Shown one piece after another: positions 48,366 through 57,298 of a stretch of 64,000 bases of DNA. Where the stretch lies: NCBI GenBank assembly GCA_022729235.1, contig JALDAJ010000001.1, positions 384,001 to 448,000 on the forward strand, in the 5' to 3' direction. This DNA comes from Candidatus Nanohalarchaeota archaeon. Lineage in GTDB: Archaea; Nanohalarchaeota; Nanosalinia; Nanosalinales; Nanosalinaceae. The first letter of the stretch is position 1, and every line of letters begins with the position of its first letter. Both the position numbers and the translations under genes were made by a program. Under the pieces are notes generated by a model. The model was not told the origin of the DNA and did not search any database. It saw nothing but the letters and a program-made list of their open reading frames with translations.

Positions 48366-49162
48366 TGATAGTCGAAATGCTGCAGACGGGTTTCATGCAG
48401 AGAGCGCTCCTCGCAGGGATGATGATAGCTGTAGTGACTTCTACTCTAGGGGTTTTCCTGGTCTTGAGAAAGCTGTCGCTTATAGGAGATGGTCTGGCGC
48501 ACGCATCCTTCGGCGGTATCGCCATAGGTCTCCTCGTAGGTGTGAATGCATACATCACAGGTCTCGTGGTGGCGGTCCTCGGGTCGGTGGGTATACACCG
48601 CCTCATGGAGAGAGCGAAGGCTTACGGCGACTCCGCGATAGCACTCATACTTTCCACGGGAATGGCAGTGGCGGTTGTGATAATAAGCTACGTGGACGGC
48701 TTCACAGTCGATATTTTTTCTTACCTCTTCGGAAGCATCCTCATGACATCTAGACTCGATTTAGCCATCATAGCTGTGGTCCTGGCTGCGACTGTTGCAT
48801 ATACCGTACTTTTCTACAGACAACTGGTCTACTACAGCTTCAACAGGGAACTGGCGCAGATGCAGACGAACAGCAGGATGTCGCAGGACATATTTATCGT
48901 GCTGATAGCTCTCGCCGTCGTGATATCGATAAGAGCGGTCGGGATTCTTCTTGTAACCGCACTTGTAGTTGTTCCGCCCTTGACTGCGCTACAGGTGGCT
49001 GAGTCGTTCAAACAGGCGCTCATCTACTCTGTCACGGTAGGCGTTACATCCATGGTTCTCGGTATAATGCTGGCATACGTGCTGGATCTGGCGCCCAGCG
49101 GGGTGATAGTCCTCGTGATGGTGGGCTTCTTCCTGCTGACCCAGATATACGAGCTGTCTTGA
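48365..49162 (+). CDS. znuB: Metal ABC transporter permease
   Basis: LSLIGDGLAHASFGG, YLFGSIL, VGILLV. Confidence 0.93.
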   Translation: MIVEMLQTGFMQRALLAGMMIAVVTSTLGVFLVLRKLSLIGDGLAHASFGGIAIGLLVGVNAYITGLVVAVLGSVGIHRLMERAKAYGDSAIALILSTGMAVAVVIISYVDGFTVDIFSYLFGSILMTSRLDLAIIAVVLAATVAYTVLFYRQLVYYSFNRELAQMQTNSRMSQDIFIVLIALAVVISIRAVGILLVTALVVVPPLTALQVAESFKQALIYSVTVGVTSMVLGIMLAYVLDLAPSGVIVLVMVGFFLLTQIYELS

Positions 49163-49169
49163 AGTCTTT

Positions 49170-49679
49170 CTATCGACCTCTCGATCTCTCTGCATTCATC
49201 AGTAATAGACTAATCACGTTAGCGAGGACCCCAATTAGGGCTATAAAAATTATTGTTGCCTTGACCGCGGCCCCTCCCATAGCAGCCCATCCTCCATTAG
49301 GAGGAAGCTCATAGTACAGAAGAAATATCAGCATAGAACCTAAAGCCGCGAATATAATAACTGAGGAAGACGCAAGATGCACTCCAAGATATCTCTTATC
49401 AAGTCTCTTCCAGTGCTCTGATATTTTTTCCCTATATTTGACAGCGATCGCTGCAGATATCAGTGAAAATGCGCCGACAATAGAACCTGTCAAAACAGGA
49501 TATTCTACTATCGCAAAAATAGGCACAAACAAGATCATCAGAGCAGCAAATCCAGGAACAACATAAAACGTCAATGCCTCTTCCGGAAGGATTACTTCAG
49601 AAACGATAACTGTAGGTAGAAGTATTAACAGTAGAATAAGAGCATTGAAGCCGAGGAAAAACAACCATTTCCTGTTCAT
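49170..49679 (-). CDS. Hypothetical membrane protein
   Basis: 4-5 hydrophobic segments. Confidence 0.7.
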   Translation of the reverse strand: MNRKWLFFLGFNALILLLILLPTVIVSEVILPEEALTFYVVPGFAALMILFVPIFAIVEYPVLTGSIVGAFSLISAAIAVKYREKISEHWKRLDKRYLGVHLASSSVIIFAALGSMLIFLLYYELPPNGGWAAMGGAAVKATIIFIALIGVLANVISLLLMNAERSRGR

Positions 49680-49770
49680 TGCTGACTTACTTGGATTTCA
49701 ATCCCTTTATTTAAGTATCTAACCGCATCTATAAGCAGGTTTGATATACTATCTTTGTTAAGACTTCTCT

Positions 49771-50244
49771 ATGGCGGAAAACAAGCACCCGTTTGTAGAT
49801 GAGGCGGCGAGAAAGTCATCGACCATCGTGACCAAAAACTCTCTTGCAATCCCGGAGGATCGTGAAAAGTACAAGTTAAGTGACAGGGCGTGGAACTGGG
49901 AGAAGATAGTCGACCTGTTCTTCCCACAAGAGCAGTCGCCGAGAAGGAACAAGTACGCAAAGATATTCTTGAGAGAGCTGAAGCAGGAAGGTGAAATAGA
50001 CTCCGAGAAGCTGAACTCTTTCGATGAGTGGGGTCATGAGAAGGGTAAGAGCAACCTGAAGAACCATATATTGCCCAAGCTAAGGAGGCTAGGTATCATA
50101 CAGTATGAGTACCTTGAGTACCGCGACCGGAGTGAGGGCAAGCAGGGTCGCCAGAAGGTTATCAAGCCCGCAAGGTCATTTACCTCGATGCTGGACGCTA
50201 TAGCAAACGGCTGGGCTGCTTTCGAGTCCGCGGCATATGAATAA
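49771..50244 (+). CDS. Hypothetical winged-helix-like protein
   Basis: ILPKLRRLGII followed by a wing-like segment (GKQGRQKVIKP) and a C-terminal helix. Confidence 0.6.
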   Translation: MAENKHPFVDEAARKSSTIVTKNSLAIPEDREKYKLSDRAWNWEKIVDLFFPQEQSPRRNKYAKIFLRELKQEGEIDSEKLNSFDEWGHEKGKSNLKNHILPKLRRLGIIQYEYLEYRDRSEGKQGRQKVIKPARSFTSMLDAIANGWAAFESAAYE

Positions 50245-50254
50245 CTCGGTATGA

Positions 50255-50746
50255 TTTTCCGGAATCCCTGGGAAAGCAGAACCTCTAGAGGGAGAGGTTT
50301 CTCTTCGCGGAGCCGCGATTTTACAGCGCTGTGGCTGTAACTATATTCGCTTCTGCGTGAAGTCCGGTCTCCATTCGAGTGTTGTCGTATTCGCGTGCTT
50401 CAAGTTCGGCTTCGAAGTCTCGTGTGTTGGCGTCGATTGTGGGCACCTTTTCTGGCTGTGAGTGTTGGATGTCATGATAGGTTCCGGGGACGGGCACCAC
50501 CTAGTAAGCAGTACCCGTCTTTAGAAAGTTCCACGGTGTAGAGGCGGCAGAAACTTTCCCTGTTTTTTGTTGTTTTTCGCGGTCGGCGCAACCAGCTCCT
50601 TGCGGAGCCAAGGCGTCATCCCACTTTACTCAGCCAGAATAAACTTAATATGGGAAGCCTTGGCCTTGGTAGCGTTATAATTAGGTCTCACTAGATCCAC
50701 TGACACGTTTCCAGTAAGCCATTGATTAGATTGAGCCAAGACCATT
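50255..50746 (-). ncRNA. Candidate large structured RNA of unknown class containing a 59-codon acidic reading frame
   Basis: TTTTAAA box at 50772-50778; about 10 helices whose G-U pairs are valid only on the minus strand; GCAA tetraloop; long-range complementarities. Confidence 0.6.
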
Positions 50747-50786
50747 TCTATGGAAACCTTGGACTTCGAGGTTTAAAAGGGTACTG

Positions 50787-51542
50787 CTACCTGTTCACGT
50801 GCGGTCTGTACACATCGTCCGCTAGACGGCTATGAACCTCTTCAAGCAACTGTTTAAGGTTTCTGGCGTCGTACTGGTTGTAGTGTACAAGTTTTTCTAG
50901 CGCGTTTTCATCCCCCTGTTTTTCGTAGCGCTTCCAGAGTCTTATCGCTTCTCTACCGTCAACGTCCTCCAGCTCTCGGTTGATACCGAGTCGTGTCTCG
51001 ACCTCTTTCAGACCGCCAGAAATACCGAGGCGCCGGCAGAGGTACATCAAATCGATGTGCGGTGTTTCGATGTCAAGACCGAAGTTCTGCTCCAGGAACG
51101 GCTGGTCGAAGCGTTTCCCGTTGAAGGAGACTAGAACGCTGGAGTTGAAGATTTCCTCCTCTAGTCTTTCCCGGGTCAGGTTCTTTCCCTGTACCAGGGT
51201 CGTGTCGTCCCCGCCACGATAGAAACTAACTGTTGTCACCTTGTTTTTCTTTGCATCAAGTCCTGTGGTCTCGATGTCGAAGAAGCAGGCGTTCTCCTGG
51301 AAGTTACTGTAGAGTCGCCAGAGCTCTTTTGAAGGCAGTTTATCGCCGAAGAAGACGGTGTTGCCGACCTCCAGGTTTTTCTGTGCGCGTTCGAGAAAGC
51401 CGCAGACTTTTTCATGCCGGGTTCCGTTGATAACTCCGCATCCATGGAAGTCGTCCCAGTGCGTTATTCCCTGTTTCCAGAGCTTTTTTTCTGTTTTCTT
51501 TCCTATACCTGGTGCCAGAATAAAGCTGTTTTCAAGACGCAT
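50787..51542 (-). CDS. RNase H-like 3'-5' exonuclease (RNase_H_2/YprB-like)
   Basis: PGIGKKTE HhH, FFDIETTG, FNGKRFD, HIDL, YNQYDA. Confidence 0.88.
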   Translation of the reverse strand: MRLENSFILAPGIGKKTEKKLWKQGITHWDDFHGCGVINGTRHEKVCGFLERAQKNLEVGNTVFFGDKLPSKELWRLYSNFQENACFFDIETTGLDAKKNKVTTVSFYRGGDDTTLVQGKNLTRERLEEEIFNSSVLVSFNGKRFDQPFLEQNFGLDIETPHIDLMYLCRRLGISGGLKEVETRLGINRELEDVDGREAIRLWKRYEKQGDENALEKLVHYNQYDARNLKQLLEEVHSRLADDVYRPHVNR

Positions 51543-51583
51543 TTGATAATAGAAGAAAAGTGAGGAGAGAAATAAAAACCTGA

Positions 51584-51781
51584 TTACTGGGACGCCGAAA
51601 TGTCGTCCGCCTGAACGGTCTTTCTGCCGGCGTGTTCAGCAAATTCCTTGGCCTCTCGAGCCCTTTCCTCTGCATGCATCTCTAGCTCGTCCCTTAGCTC
51701 TTCAACAGCTCCTTCTGATACTCTTGAAGCTCCGGCCTGTTTAATGATTCTCTTTACTGGTGCAAGCGGTAGTTCTGCCAT
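51584..51781 (-). CDS. Archaeal histone (HMf-like, canonical)
   Basis: [20 protein letters not shown]...[12 protein letters not shown]; GGAGGTGA SD. Confidence 0.95.
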   Translation of the reverse strand: MAELPLAPVKRIIKQAGASRVSEGAVEELRDELEMHAEERAREAKEFAEHAGRKTVQADDISASQ

Positions 51782-51951
51782 TATTTGGTCACCTCCTCTA
51801 TGATAAATGTTCTTTCAGTTATTAAAAGGCTTTTCGTTCCTTGATTGACTATAAATGAGTTAATAACGTATTTATTTGTGATAGAATATATGTGCTAGTC
51901 TCAAGGTTTGTAAGAACAGGTTCTAGGGTTCTATAACTTAAACACAGGGTT

Positions 51952-52608
51952 TTAGAGCTGTTTCATCTCGATATCAGCCTGGTCTTCAACCTCTGCTATG
52001 GCGTAGTAGCCATTCATAACTGGACCAGGATTTACGATATCAGTCCCGGCAAGTCTGTCGATTCCTCTTGACTCGTGTATGTGTCCTGTGAGGACGAAGC
52101 TAAAGTCTTTCTCTTCGATAAGCTCGCGGACCTCGGCGCTCCCAACGTGGTCACCGTCCACGACATCAAGTTCCGTGTCTTTCGGGGGCTGGTGGATGAC
52201 CGCTACTCTTGTATCTGAACTCATCCGCTGGTAGAGTGTTTCTACTGCGGTCTTTACCTCATCTCCTGAAGGCTCAAACGGGGTTCCGAAAGGAGTCATC
52301 CCGCCACCGAAACCTACCGCCTCGAAGGCTTCGAACGCGGCGATTTTCTTGTGCAGGTTCATCCTGTGATCCATCAGCTTCCTAACGCATACCTCTTCCG
52401 GATCCATGTTACCCGGTACCGCCTTGATGAGCTTGTCTTTAACGTCAAACGCCTCAAGTATCTCGTTCAGGTTGGACTTGTAATCGGAGAACTCGTTTGC
52501 ATCAGACAGGTCTCCGGCGCACAGCACCGCATCGAACTCCTCTTTCTCCAGTATTTTCTGCAGTTTGTCTACGTCGCCGTGGATGTCGGTAACCAGTAGA
52601 ACTCTCAT
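51952..52608 (-). CDS. Calcineurin-like metallophosphoesterase
   Basis: TDIHG, AGD, PGNMD, HQPP, GHIHE; alternative TTG start at 52617. Confidence 0.9.
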   Translation of the reverse strand: MRVLLVTDIHGDVDKLQKILEKEEFDAVLCAGDLSDANEFSDYKSNLNEILEAFDVKDKLIKAVPGNMDPEEVCVRKLMDHRMNLHKKIAAFEAFEAVGFGGGMTPFGTPFEPSGDEVKTAVETLYQRMSSDTRVAVIHQPPKDTELDVVDGDHVGSAEVRELIEEKDFSFVLTGHIHESRGIDRLAGTDIVNPGPVMNGYYAIAEVEDQADIEMKQL

Positions 52609-52638
52609 GTTACTCAAGTCCGTCTCGGAGAATAAAAG

Positions 52639-52845
52639 TTAATGGGAATAGTCTTGATCTTGCACATATTTCGTGAGAACTTCCGCGTGTCTATAACCTT
52701 CAGCCATCGTCTCTTCTACACGTTTATCATATCTTTCTTCCCAGATCTTCTGATTTATTTTTTCTGCTTCCTGTTCAAGAACTCTTCCGAAACCACCGCT
52801 ACCGTCTCCGCTTGCTCCTCCCATACGGCACTTCTTTTTCCCCAA
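52639..52845 (-). CDS. Small hypothetical protein
   Basis: Charged 61-68 aa ORF filling the intergenic gap. Confidence 0.45.
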   Translation of the reverse strand: MGKKKCRMGGASGDGSGGFGRVLEQEAEKINQKIWEERYDKRVEETMAEGYRHAEVLTKYVQDQDYSH

Positions 52846-52879
52846 TCTTTACTTAACTTTCGATGACCTGAGAGGGATT

Positions 52880-55800
52880 ATGAGCCTCGAAGTCCAGGTG
52901 GTTGACGCGGACTACATCATCGAGAACGGAGAAGTAGTTGTACGCTGTTTTGGCAAGACCGCGGACGGCGAAAATGTTCTCTTCCTCGACAGAAACTTCC
53001 AGCCGTACCTGTATGCAGTCCCTGCTGGGGATGTCGACATCGAAGATTTGAAGCAGGAGGTCGTAGAAACCGAGTTCGAGAACGAGGATGAGGAGCTGCC
53101 AGTCACGGAGGTAGATAGTCTGGAGATGCTGGACGGAGACGAGGAGATAGAAGTTCTCAAGATTTACTCAAGCATCCCGGCGAACATCCCGAAGCTGAAG
53201 GATGAGCTATGGGATTTACCAGAAGTTAAGGAGTGCCGAGAGTTTGACATCCCGTTCTACAAGCGCTACCTGATGGACCAAGGTATAAGACCGGGCGAAT
53301 GGATCTGTGTCCGGGGCGAGGAATCGGATTCCGGTGAGTTCGACCGTGTTATAGACGCGGACGGTATCGAAACAGGGGTCGAAAGGGACGGAGAGCCGGA
53401 CTGGTACACGCTCGCGTTTGACCTGGAGGTATACCAGGATGAGATAATAATGGCATCTTTCTACGCGGAAGACTTCGAAAAAGTACTGACAACGGAGGAA
53501 ATCGACAAAGAGTTTGTCGAGACCGTGGATGACGAGGAAGCCCTACTGGAGAGGTTCATAAAGATACTTGAAGAAAAAGACGTTGACATACTGACGGGCT
53601 ACAACACTGACGAGTTCGACTTCGATGTTCTAAGGAATCGGGCAGAGCATCACAATATCACACTGTCGCTCGGCAGAGACGGCGAACGCATGAAGTTCAA
53701 CAGGAGAGGTCGGTTCAAGGGTGCCCGACTAAAAGGTCGGATGCACCTTGACCTCTATCCATTCATATCACACGTGCTCGCACCGGGACTGGAGTCCGAG
53801 ACGCTCGACCTTGACTCGGTCGCTGAAGAAGTACTGGGGATGAAGAAGGACGACCTGTCGTGGGAGGAGATGAAGACTTCCTGGAGAGAAAAAGAGGATC
53901 TCGATGTCTTCGCGGATTACGCACTGAGGGACTCGGAACTCGCGTTCAAACTGGGAAGAGAGCTACTCCCACAGATAATAGAGCTCTCCCGAATCACAGG
54001 ACTGATACCGTTCGATGCCTGCCGTTTAACGTACGGTCAGCTGACGGAGAACTTCCTGATAAGGGAGGCGTACGAGAGAGAAATGCTCGCAGCCAACAGG
54101 CCTTCCCGCGATGAACGGGGCAAAAGACGGAGGCAGAACGCCTACGAGGGCGGATTCGTCTACACGCCCGAGGCCGGTCTACACGAGGATATCGGACTGT
54201 TCGACTTCAAGTCGCTGTACCCGACGGTCATGGTTTCCCACAACATCTCGCCTGACACATTGAACCTTGACGACTGCGGGGACAGGTTCACGCTTGAAGA
54301 GTTCGACTACAACTTCTGCCAGGACGAACAGGGCTTCTTCCCCGAACTGGTGGAGGGGCTGGTCGAGGACAGGTCACGTATAAAGGAAAAGATGAAGGAA
54401 TTAGAGGCAGGAAGCCAGGAGTACAAGTCGTTGGACAACAGGCAGAAGGCTGAAAAGATACTTGCAAACTCGTTCTACGGCTACCTTGGCTATAGCGGTG
54501 CGAGATGGTACTCCCGGGAATGCGCCGAGGCAACGACCTATTTAGGACGGGAGTACATCCAGGATACTATCGAGATCGCGGAGGATATGGGATTCGAGGT
54601 GGTCTACGGAGATAGTTTAGACTATTCTAGACAGATTGTCGTAAAAAATCCTCGAGGAGATATTGAGTTCATTGAAATAGGTGAATTTGTAGAGAAAACT
54701 GATAAACCGGAAACATATGAAACCATAGCTTGGGATGAAGAACGGGGTAAAGCCGTCTTTAAACCTGTGAAGAGAGCAATAGTGCATGACTATGAAGAGA
54801 GAATGCTTAGATTTGATACCAATCGAGGCAGAACCAAGGTAACGCCACAGCATTCAGTCTACAAATATGAAGATGGTGAAATTAAGCTGGCAGACGCAGA
54901 ACAATTAGAACAGGGAGATTGTCTCGTATCTTTATCAGCTCCACCTAAGACTAATGCAAGATACACTGCAGGCGATTTAATTGATCTCACAGATTTTGAC
55001 TATGGAGATTCCGAACTTAGAGCTTACTTAGATACTAGGGAGTTTCCAGCTGAGATAGGAGAATGCCCTTACTGCCAAGAAGAATACTACCTGTCTTCTC
55101 ATGTCTATAGTCAACATGCTGAGAGGAGGGTTGAATTAGAAGAAGCTACATCAGAATATTCATATATTGGATGTAAGAATGCAAAAGCAGGGAAGATACC
55201 GAGGTTTCTGGAGTTGACTCCCGAGTTTGCTTGGGTTCTAGGCTTCTACTGTGGCGACGGTTCGGCGTCTATTGGAGATAAACAAATGATTTCGTTTGGA
55301 GGCCAAGATAAAGAAAATATTCAGAGAGTCAAGGAGTTCTTCGACGGCATTTTGGAAGATGAATTAGTTATCATAGAGGATGTTGACCCTCGAACAGGCA
55401 ATAAGATGTACTACTACAGAGTTCAAAGGAAGTCCTTAGTAAAATTCTTTGTTAACGGTTTAGAGACAGGTATAGGGTGCTCTGGTAAGAAGGTTCCAAA
55501 TGTCATATTGAACGGTGATGAGGAACTAAAGAAGTCCTTTATAGAAGGTTACTTTGAGGCTGATGGGTCTAAAGAGAGGGTGCACGACTCCCGATATAAT
55601 TCTGAAAGTATGCGTTTCTCCAGCAAAAGTCCTTATCTGGCGAACCAAATCCAATATATTTTGAAGCAGCTGAAATTAGGAGAGAACAGATATGGAAGGA
55701 AGATAAATGATGTTTCGTATAAGTATCGTGATGATAAACCTGAGATTAAGTCAATAAGAAACACTGCGCCTAGGAAACCTGGGTTTGCAGAGCTTAACTT

Positions 55801-56599
55801 TACCCCTGCAAGAATTAGTCAGATAAAGGAAGTAGACCCCACTAAGGACAGAGTATATGATTTAGAGGTTAAGGGTGAACATAACTTTGTGGATGCAGAA
55901 GGACTTTTGCTAGTTCACAACACAGACTCCGTGTTCCTGAAGTCTGAAGGACTCAGGGATAAGATCGACAGCTTCCTGAAAGAGGTTAACGATGAACTGC
56001 CGGAGTTTATGCAGTTAGAGCTTGAAGGTGTCTTCAAACACGGGTTCTTCACCTCGACAGAGAGCGGTGAAGGTGCGAAGAAGAAGTACGCGCTTCTCGC
56101 GGAGGACGGAAGCATGAAGATAACAGGGTTCGAGCAGGTCCGGCGGGACTGGAGCCCTGTTGCAAAGCAGACGCAGAAAAAAGTGCTCCGGATGGTCCTA
56201 GAGGACGAGGTCAAGAAAGCTGTTGAAGAGGTCAAATCGACCGTGGAAGATTTACGCGACGGTAAAATCCCTGTGGAGGATTTGAGGATTTACACCACAT
56301 TAACGAAGAAGCCGGAGAACTACGAGTCCACCGCACCGCATGTCGAGGCGGCGAAAAAGGCTATCGAACGCGGGGAAGACATCAGCCCAGGTACGACCAT
56401 CGACTACGTGGTCACGAGAGGCTCCGGAACTATCTCATCCCGCGCGGAACTGGCGAAGTACGCGGAGGACTACGACCCGGATTACTATATCGAGAACCAG
56501 ATAGTGCCCGCGTCTCTACGCGCGCTGAAAGTGTTTGGCTACACCGCGGACCAGCTCAAGGGGGAAGGTAAGCAGAGCGGGCTGGATAGGTTCGGATGA
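52880..56599 (+). CDS. polB: Family B DNA polymerase with an intein (about 803 aa after splicing)
   Basis: FDLE, GYN...FD, DFKSLYPT, KILANSFYGY, YGD/TDS, KKKYA, VRRDW, C-terminal PIP box QSGLDRF. Confidence 0.97.
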   Translation: MSLEVQVVDADYIIENGEVVVRCFGKTADGENVLFLDRNFQPYLYAVPAGDVDIEDLKQEVVETEFENEDEELPVTEVDSLEMLDGDEEIEVLKIYSSIPANIPKLKDELWDLPEVKECREFDIPFYKRYLMDQGIRPGEWICVRGEESDSGEFDRVIDADGIETGVERDGEPDWYTLAFDLEVYQDEIIMASFYAEDFEKVLTTEEIDKEFVETVDDEEALLERFIKILEEKDVDILTGYNTDEFDFDVLRNRAEHHNITLSLGRDGERMKFNRRGRFKGARLKGRMHLDLYPFISHVLAPGLESETLDLDSVAEEVLGMKKDDLSWEEMKTSWREKEDLDVFADYALRDSELAFKLGRELLPQIIELSRITGLIPFDACRLTYGQLTENFLIREAYEREMLAANRPSRDERGKRRRQNAYEGGFVYTPEAGLHEDIGLFDFKSLYPTVMVSHNISPDTLNLDDCGDRFTLEEFDYNFCQDEQGFFPELVEGLVEDRSRIKEKMKELEAGSQEYKSLDNRQKAEKILANSFYGYLGYSGARWYSRECAEATTYLGREYIQDTIEIAEDMGFEVVYGDSLDYSRQIVVKNPRGDIEFIEIGEFVEKTDKPETYETIAWDEERGKAVFKPVKRAIVHDYEERMLRFDTNRGRTKVTPQHSVYKYEDGEIKLADAEQLEQGDCLVSLSAPPKTNARYTAGDLIDLTDFDYGDSELRAYLDTREFPAEIGECPYCQEEYYLSSHVYSQHAERRVELEEATSEYSYIGCKNAKAGKIPRFLELTPEFAWVLGFYCGDGSASIGDKQMISFGGQDKENIQRVKEFFDGILEDELVIIEDVDPRTGNKMYYYRVQRKSLVKFFVNGLETGIGCSGKKVPNVILNGDEELKKSFIEGYFEADGSKERVHDSRYNSESMRFSSKSPYLANQIQYILKQLKLGENRYGRKINDVSYKYRDDKPEIKSIRNTAPRKPGFAELNFTPARISQIKEVDPTKDRVYDLEVKGEHNFVDAEGLLLVHNTDSVFLKSEGLRDKIDSFLKEVNDELPEFMQLELEGVFKHGFFTSTESGEGAKKKYALLAEDGSMKITGFEQVRRDWSPVAKQTQKKVLRMVLEDEVKKAVEEVKSTVEDLRDGKIPVEDLRIYTTLTKKPENYESTAPHVEAAKKAIERGEDISPGTTIDYVVTRGSGTISSRAELAKYAEDYDPDYYIENQIVPASLRALKVFGYTADQLKGEGKQSGLDRFG
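54614..55921 (+). mobile_element. PolB intein (YGD/TDS site) with LAGLIDADG endonuclease (436 aa)
   Basis: YGD|SLDYS...VTPQHS...LGFYCGDG...FIEGYFEADG...LLVHN|TDS; AT-richer than the exteins. Confidence 0.95.
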
Positions 56600-56600
56600 A

Positions 56601-57260
56601 CTACTTGAAAATCTCTCCGGTTTCCATTGACCACAGTAGTAGGTCGAGTTCTTGCACACCTATCCCTGTTTCCTCCGACAGCTCTCTTATTTTTCTCTCC
56701 GCATCCATGTAGTCTTCTTTGCTAGTCGGCGTTTCCGGTGATTCAAGCATGCCGAGTTGGTGGAGCTTCTTGGAGATGTATGCGGAGACTATTGCAAACT
56801 CGTCCCCGTAACCGATATTGCGCAGGAAGTGCGATGCACCCTTCCATCCTATGCCCTGCAGATCACCTACCAGCTGCTCACGGACCCTTTCGAGGTCGTC
56901 AGGATCGATCCTGTCCATTAGTTTCAGGTCTCCCGAGGGATCGTTAAGCGTAGGCTGTGAGAGGTCTTCCCGGTTGTCGACGATGTAGCGCGCCTTGTTC
57001 TCCTCGTACTGGACGTTGTAGTTCCGCAGGACCTCTGCGATTTCTTCCCGCGAACCGTTTCTCAAAAGGCTGAGCTCTGCAAGCTTCTCGGTAGCCTCCC
57101 AGGACTTTTTCGCCTCGCTTCTAGAGGTCAAAAGCACGAAAACCAGCTCCTTGAACAGTCGCCAGTCGTCCGCATCACGCAACCCGCGGAACTCTTCCAG
57201 CCTATTCTCTGTAACCCCCTGTTTCTCGAGATACTCTTCTTGCAGTTCTTCCGGCTCCAT
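56601..57260 (-). CDS. ogg: 8-oxoguanine DNA glycosylase/AP lyase (OGG2-type)
   Basis: ELVFVLLT, GIGWKGASHFLRNIG HhH with catalytic Lys, LDLLLW..ETGEIFK C-terminus. Confidence 0.85.
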   Translation of the reverse strand: MEPEELQEEYLEKQGVTENRLEEFRGLRDADDWRLFKELVFVLLTSRSEAKKSWEATEKLAELSLLRNGSREEIAEVLRNYNVQYEENKARYIVDNREDLSQPTLNDPSGDLKLMDRIDPDDLERVREQLVGDLQGIGWKGASHFLRNIGYGDEFAIVSAYISKKLHQLGMLESPETPTSKEDYMDAERKIRELSEETGIGVQELDLLLWSMETGEIFK

Positions 57261-57298
57261 AGAATTAGCTTGGTCGCCGAGTCTTATGTTCTGCAGGG

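Noticed and set aside
50626-50745. 39-codon ATG ORF (MVLAQSNQW...FILAE) at the 5' end of the candidate RNA
   Set aside because: The position would fit a leaderless mRNA, but the peptide is not acidic and the whole stretch is explained by helices. Not called as a CDS, though not excluded.
50255-50746. Identification of the large RNA as RNase P, SRP or canonical tmRNA
   Set aside because: No convincing GAGGAAAGUCC/P4 partner, no SRP helix-8 motif and no TPsiC arm or CCA end were found by eye.
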